Below the pieces are notes generated by a model that saw only the letters and a program-made list of their open reading frames with translations, searched no databases and had not been told where the DNA came from. From Candidatus Omnitrophica bacterium CG22_combo_CG10-13_8_21_14_all_43_16 (GTDB taxonomy: Bacteria > Omnitrophota > Gorgyraeia > Gorgyraeales > Gorgyraeaceae), in assembly GCA_002771475.1 (NCBI GenBank), contig PCTH01000051.1:1-48006 (forward strand): a stretch of DNA of 48,006 nucleotides. Direction: 5' to 3'. This document shows positions 43,924 through 48,006 of this stretch, one piece after another (position 1 is the first letter of the stretch; every line of letters begins with the position of its first letter). The position numbers and the translations under genes are program-made.

Positions 43924-45158
43924 TGTTTGACGTAATAGTTATAGGCGCTGGCCCGGCAGGTATGATGGCAGCCGGCCGCTCAGCCGAATCCGGAAATAAA
44001 ACGCTTCTTCTCGAAAAAACCGACTCCTCCGGCAAAAAACTCCTCCTCTCCGGAAACTCCAGGTGTAATATCACGAGTAGCTGTGAAAACGTGGAAGATT
44101 TCCTTGCTAATTTTTCCGACTCTGGAAAATTCCTCAGGAACGCCTTCAGCGTATTTTTCAATAAAGAGCTTTTGAGATTTTTCAGGAAAAGGGGCCTTGA
44201 TTTTAAGGTAGAGCCGGGCGGCAAGGTTTTTCCGATTACGGATAAAGCGGGCGATGTCCTGCGCATACTGGTAAAATACGTCAAGGATTCAGGATGCCGG
44301 ATCTTGTACAGAAAAGAAGTCTCCGGCATAGCGAAATCGGGTGATATCTTTGAAATTACCGCCAAGGATAATTCCGCGTACAGCGCCAAAAAAATAATAC
44401 TCGCCACAGGCGGGCTTTCCTATCCCATGACAGGCTCCACTGGATTTGGTTTTCACATCGCGAAGACTTTAGGCCACGCCGTCATAAAACCGAAACCCGG
44501 GCTCACGGGCATTATATTAAAAAATAATTTTTTGAAAGAATGGCAGGGCGTATCGTTTGAAGACGCTAAGGTCGGCGTTTACGCCGGTGATAAGCTCATC
44601 CATGCCGCAAGCGGGGAAATGATATTCACGCATTTCGGGATATCCGGGCCTGTCATTCTTCATATGAGCCATATAGTATACGACGCCCTGGACTCTGGAA
44701 AAAAGGTTTTTCTTTCAGTGGATTTTTCCCCGGGCCTGAATCACCACGAGCTGGGCCTGGCTTTACGGGAGGAACTTAAAAATAACCCTTCCAGGAAAAT
44801 CTCCAACACCCTTAAGGAATTCATCCCTTCCAGGCTCGTAAAAAGATTCCTGGAATCTATCCCCATAAATCCGGATAAATTGCTGGCTCATCTTTCCAAA
44901 GAAGAATTAAAGTCTGTTTTAGAAAAATTAAAAGGGTTCAGGCTGGCAGTGGAGGCTGTAAAACCCATTGAGGAGGCCATGGTTACCTGCGGAGGCGTAT
45001 CAGTAAAAGAGATAGACCCTAAAACCATGGAGTCTAAAATCGTAAAAGGCCTTTATTTCGCTGGTGAAGTTATTGATATAGACGGACGCACAGGCGGATA
45101 TAACCTGCAGGCTGCTTTTTCCACAGGCTGGATGGCTGGCGGCGCGCAGAAGGATTAG
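43920..45158 (+). CDS. HI0933/BaiN-like NAD(P)/FAD-dependent oxidoreductase
   Basis: FDVIVIGAGPAGMMAA dinucleotide fold, GKKLLLSGNSRCNIT, and a C-terminal GGYNLQ.AFSTG. The start is either the GTG at 43920 or the ATG at 43923. Confidence 0.8.
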   Translation: MMFDVIVIGAGPAGMMAAGRSAESGNKTLLLEKTDSSGKKLLLSGNSRCNITSSCENVEDFLANFSDSGKFLRNAFSVFFNKELLRFFRKRGLDFKVEPGGKVFPITDKAGDVLRILVKYVKDSGCRILYRKEVSGIAKSGDIFEITAKDNSAYSAKKIILATGGLSYPMTGSTGFGFHIAKTLGHAVIKPKPGLTGIILKNNFLKEWQGVSFEDAKVGVYAGDKLIHAASGEMIFTHFGISGPVILHMSHIVYDALDSGKKVFLSVDFSPGLNHHELGLALREELKNNPSRKISNTLKEFIPSRLVKRFLESIPINPDKLLAHLSKEELKSVLEKLKGFRLAVEAVKPIEEAMVTCGGVSVKEIDPKTMESKIVKGLYFAGEVIDIDGRTGGYNLQAAFSTGWMAGGAQKD

Positions 45159-45706
45159 CTTGCCAGCGCGCGTTTTTTTAATTTTTTAACAGTATTCTTA
45201 CCTATAAGCTTTTCTACTATAGCAAAAGCGAATTCCATTGCGGTGCCAGGCCCCTGGCTTGTTATAATATTCCCGTCCACCACAACCGCCTTGTCTTTAT
45301 ATTTCGTGCTCTTTGAGAAATCGATCTGGTCTCCCGGATAACACGTGGCGTTCTTATTGTCCAGTATCCCTATTGGAGCCATTACCACACTTGGCGCCGC
45401 GCATATACCTGCGATCACGGCGCCTTTGGCGTTCATTTCTTTTATAAACTCAGTCACCTCGCTAGAGTTGTGCAGGTGCATTGCCCCGGGCATCCCTCCG
45501 GGAATAATCACAACGTCAGCATCGCGCCTGATATTTTTTAGTCTTTTCTCCGCCGCTACCGCTATTCCGTGCGAGCCTGTTATACTCATGCTGTCGACCC
45601 CCGCGCTGATAGTCTCTATCCCGGCCCTTCTCAGGACATCCACCACGGTAATCGCCTCTATCTCCTCAAAACCCGTCGCAAGTAATATAATGGCTTTTTT
45701 CGACAT
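45155..45706 (-). CDS. DJ-1/PfpI family protein
   Basis: GFEEIE, and a nucleophile-elbow Cys in AGICAAP. About 183 aa. Confidence 0.85.
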   Translation of the reverse strand: MSKKAIILLATGFEEIEAITVVDVLRRAGIETISAGVDSMSITGSHGIAVAAEKRLKNIRRDADVVIIPGGMPGAMHLHNSSEVTEFIKEMNAKGAVIAGICAAPSVVMAPIGILDNKNATCYPGDQIDFSKSTKYKDKAVVVDGNIITSQGPGTAMEFAFAIVEKLIGKNTVKKLKKRALAS

Positions 45707-45737
45707 ATTTACCTCCGAGTATGTTATAATAGGTTAT

Positions 45738-46517
45738 ATGAAAAAATTCAAGTATATTTATGGCCCCGTATATTCCTGGAGGCTCGGAAGGTCCCTTGGC
45801 GTGGATCCCTTATCTCAGACAGACAAGACGTGCACGTTTGACTGCTCCTATTGCCAGATAGGAGAGACTAAACTTTTTAATTCCGGCAGAAAGGTCTTTA
45901 TTTCCGCGGAAGCCATCGCCAAAGAAATAAAAGCCCTCCCTAAGAACGTAAAAATAGATTATATTACTTTTTCGGGTAACGGAGAGCCGACCCTGGCTAA
46001 AAATCTGGGCGATATCATAAAGCGCGTCAGAAAGATCAGAAAAGAAAAGATTGCTGTCATAACCAACTCGTCTTTAATAGGTAAAAGCGATGTGCAGGAA
46101 GATCTTGCCCTGGCGGATTTCGTTATCCTTAAGCTCGACGCCAACGCAGAAGACCTTTTCAGGGAGATCAACAGGCCTGACCCCGGCATAAGATTCGGGG
46201 ATGTGGTAAAGGGCATAAAAAGGTTCAGCGAGATTTACAGGGGAAGGCTGGCGCTCCAGATCATGTTCGTCGGTAAAAATAAGGCCTACGCCAAGGAGAT
46301 AGTGAAGATGGCGCAGAAGCTCGGCATAAAAGAAGTCCAGATAAATACGCCTTTAAGAGAATGCGATGAAAAGCCCCTCCCCAAGTCCGATATGGACATT
46401 ATCAGGAGATACTTTAAAGGCATGTCTGTGAATTATGTCTATTGGGCCAAGAGAAAACCTGTAAAGGCCATGGATAACGAGGATACTGATAGAAGGCATG
46501 GCAAGGATAAAAAATAA
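45738..46517 (+). CDS. Radical SAM protein (COG0731-like small Fe-S oxidoreductase)
   Basis: MKKFKYIYGPVYSWRLGRSLGVDP..CTFDCSYCQ (CxxxCxxC). The track ORF start at 45345 is an antisense artefact over the DJ-1 gene. Confidence 0.7.
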   Translation: MKKFKYIYGPVYSWRLGRSLGVDPLSQTDKTCTFDCSYCQIGETKLFNSGRKVFISAEAIAKEIKALPKNVKIDYITFSGNGEPTLAKNLGDIIKRVRKIRKEKIAVITNSSLIGKSDVQEDLALADFVILKLDANAEDLFREINRPDPGIRFGDVVKGIKRFSEIYRGRLALQIMFVGKNKAYAKEIVKMAQKLGIKEVQINTPLRECDEKPLPKSDMDIIRRYFKGMSVNYVYWAKRKPVKAMDNEDTDRRHGKDKK

Positions 46518-47145
46518 CGTTCAAAAGATCCTAAGCGAATTACCCGCCCATGTAGATCTTGTAGCTGCTTGTAAATCCCGGAGCGCAGAAGATATTTCAG
46601 AAGCGATAGACGCCGGCGTAAAAATAGTCGGCGAGAACTACGTTCAGGAAGCCGAAGAAAAATTCAGCGCCATCGGAAGCCTTGTCAAATGGCATTTTAT
46701 CGGCCGCCTCCAGAAAAATAAAGTCAAGAAGGCAGTCCGTATTTTTGACATGATAGAAACAGTCGATTCGGTTGAAATCGCGGCTGCCATAGATAAAGCC
46801 TGCGCTGAAATAGGAAAGGTAATGCCTGTTTTAATAGAAATTAATTCAGGCCTAGAAAAAAATAAATCAGGCATCCTCCCCGTAGACCTGGGAAACCTTA
46901 TAAAAGATTTGCTTGGGTTTAAAAATATAAAAATAGCAGGCCTCATGACCATGGGGCCTCTTTTGAAAAGCCCCGAGGACTACAGGCATTATTTCCGGGA
47001 AACCAAAAAACTTTTCGATAAAATAAAATCCGCTATAGATATAAAATACCTTTCCATGGGCATGAGCGACTCCTACCGGGTCGCCATCCAGGAAGGCGCT
47101 AACCTCATCCGCCTCGGCACCGCCATTTTCGGCCCACATCAATAA
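46498..47145 (+). CDS. yggS: YggS family pyridoxal-phosphate homeostasis protein
   Basis: LVAACKSR (PLP Lys), GENYVQE, WHFIGRLQKNK and LSMGMSDSY. Confidence 0.85.
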   Translation: MARIKNNVQKILSELPAHVDLVAACKSRSAEDISEAIDAGVKIVGENYVQEAEEKFSAIGSLVKWHFIGRLQKNKVKKAVRIFDMIETVDSVEIAAAIDKACAEIGKVMPVLIEINSGLEKNKSGILPVDLGNLIKDLLGFKNIKIAGLMTMGPLLKSPEDYRHYFRETKKLFDKIKSAIDIKYLSMGMSDSYRVAIQEGANLIRLGTAIFGPHQ

Positions 47146-47148
47146 GTC

Positions 47149-47168
47149 ATTCCCGCGAAAGCGGGAAT
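47149..47168. terminator. Short GC hairpin attcccgc-gaaa-gcgggaat (cattcccgcgaaagcgggaatc repeat type) after yggS
   Basis: 8-bp stem with a GAAA tetraloop, beginning 4 nt after the yggS stop. There is no U-tract. Confidence 0.5.
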
Positions 47169-47280
47169 CTACCTCAGCTATCATCATGCCTAATAGACAC
47201 ATTCGCATAGCCCCTATTGATTGTTGAACTTTTAACAGGTAAAATATTCTTATATAGGTAATAATGAAGATCTATATAAG

Positions 47281-47322
47281 CCCACTTTCCCACTTGACTA
47301 ACCTCCCACTTTATGGCATACT
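47281..47322 (+). promoter_or_regulatory. Toxin-antitoxin promoter with three CCCACTT repeats (putative operator)
   Basis: CCCACTT occurs at 47281, 47289 and 47305. TTGACT (47294-47299), a 17-nt spacer, then CATACT (47317-47322). Confidence 0.45.
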
Positions 47323-47343
47323 TATAGCAGGGAGGTGAGATAT

Positions 47344-47652
47344 ATGACTATAAATGTTGAGGAAAAATTCATAGCGGTCGGCATTAAAACTGTGGATTCC
47401 AAGAACAGGATAAATCTCGGAGAAAAAGTTCTGAAAGCCGTTTCTTCTAAAAACAAGGCAGATGCGTATAAGGTATTTGTAGGAAAGGATGGAGATATTT
47501 TATTAAAACCTGTTGTTGCTGTTCCATCCAAGGAGGCATGGATCTATGATAATCCTAAAGTGCTCAAGCAGATTCGGGGCGGCTTAAATGAAGCAAATGA
47601 AGGCAAGATAGAAAAAGTAAAAGATTTGGGCAAGTTTTTTAAGGAGCTATGA
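47344..47652 (+). CDS. AbrB/SpoVT/MazE-type antitoxin
   Basis: ..GIKTVDSKNRINLGEKV.. is a swapped-hairpin-type DNA-binding N-terminus. A GGAGG RBS precedes the ATG at 47344. ATGA overlap with the downstream toxin gene. Confidence 0.6.
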   Translation: MTINVEEKFIAVGIKTVDSKNRINLGEKVLKAVSSKNKADAYKVFVGKDGDILLKPVVAVPSKEAWIYDNPKVLKQIRGGLNEANEGKIEKVKDLGKFFKEL

Positions 47653-47945
47653 ACTTTATATTATGCTTTACTATAACTGCTAAACAAGAGCTTGCTAATT
47701 TAAAACAACACCCTACGCTAGAAAAACAATACAAAGCTGTTAAAAAAACATTAGAGTTTCTTAGCCAAAATCCTCGTCATCCAAGCTTACAAACCCACCA
47801 GTATTATTCTTTGCAAGGGCCCGGGGGCGAAAAGATCTTTGAGGCATACGCGGAACAAGATACCCCTAAGGCTTATAGAGTATTTTTTTACTATGGACCC
47901 GGCAAAGGAGAAATGACTATTTTTGCCATAACATCGCACCCTTAA
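47649..47945 (+). CDS. Putative RelE/ParE-superfamily toxin
   Basis: 98 aa, translationally coupled to the antitoxin. ..NPRHPSLQTH....YRVFFYY...GEMTIFAITSHP resembles RelE/ParE-like toxins. The family assignment is by eye only. Confidence 0.5.
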   Translation: MNFILCFTITAKQELANLKQHPTLEKQYKAVKKTLEFLSQNPRHPSLQTHQYYSLQGPGGEKIFEAYAEQDTPKAYRVFFYYGPGKGEMTIFAITSHP

Positions 47946-48006
47946 CAATAATACACTCTTCCTCAGGATCCTGTAAAATAGTTTGCTGACTTTCATATTT
48001 GCTCAT

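Noticed and set aside
45345-45737. N-terminal 131-aa extension of the radical SAM ORF in the track.
   Set aside because: It is antisense to the well-supported DJ-1 gene. The family-typical N-terminus MKKFKYIYGPVYSWRLGRSLG starts at the ATG at 45738.
1-48006. Search for CRISPR arrays, tRNA/rRNA genes, transposases, integrases and phage genes.
   Set aside because: I saw no regularly spaced direct repeats, no tRNA-like cloverleaf candidates in the intergenic regions, and no ORF with recombinase or transposase motifs. Their absence is by visual inspection only.
47946-48006. Possible minus-strand gene start at the 3' edge (ATGAGCAAATATGAA.. on the reverse strand).
   Set aside because: That reading frame stops after ~28 codons inside the toxin gene. 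The other ORF (47787-47996, minus strand) is antisense to the toxin and has no motifs.

Overview
The window is a gene-dense (~52 CDS), mostly plus-strand chromosomal segment from a diderm, probably anaerobic or microaerophilic, uncultivated-type bacterium. The lineage guess is mine only: the palindromic repeats resemble those I recall from groundwater and sediment MAGs such as Omnitrophota-like lineages. I found no rRNA, tRNA, CRISPR array, transposase or integrase.

Main blocks:
- (i) 131-5357: housekeeping genes (hemW, yjbQ, ygiQ, a Ski2-like helicase).
- (ii) 5452-21377: a large respiratory and extracytosolic-flavoprotein supercluster. It contains a MerR-like regulator, nqrABCDEF, a MenA-like prenyltransferase, a polyprenyl synthase, two coiled-coil porins, a NusG-II protein, a Gx-transporter/EcfT fusion, ApbE, an FMN-binding exported protein, a membrane protein and a two-component system.
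- (iii) 21723-29203: small transporters, nucleotidyltransferase/TPM/LemA, a B12-radical SAM enzyme, a nitroreductase and a GH94-like phosphorylase.
- (iv) 29200-32557: desulforedoxin, TatC, a Tat-signal DUF362 protein and a NapH-like polyferredoxin.
- (v) 32560-38564: HD-GYP, dusB, fba, an AT-rich islet and a radical SAM fusion.
- (vi) 38581-43020: a polyamine locus with an ornithine decarboxylase-type enzyme and two divergent homospermidine synthase paralogues.
- (vii) 43336-47945: maf, a flavoprotein, DJ-1, a radical SAM enzyme, yggS and a type II toxin-antitoxin pair.

The most unusual signal is not a protein. It is a ~190-nt rod-like structured element present three times on the plus strand (21437-21628, 41274-41460, 43069-43254). 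Its internal loops are conserved, it has two tandem G.A motifs, and helices carry at least eight compensatory base-pair changes. One copy is flanked by a 22-nt duplication of the target site. I cannot assign it to any RNA family I know.

Secondary points:
- NqrA retains both RnfC-type 4Fe-4S motifs.
- The locus organisation resembles a flavin-based extracellular electron transfer system.
- A family of nested palindromes sits at gene boundaries.
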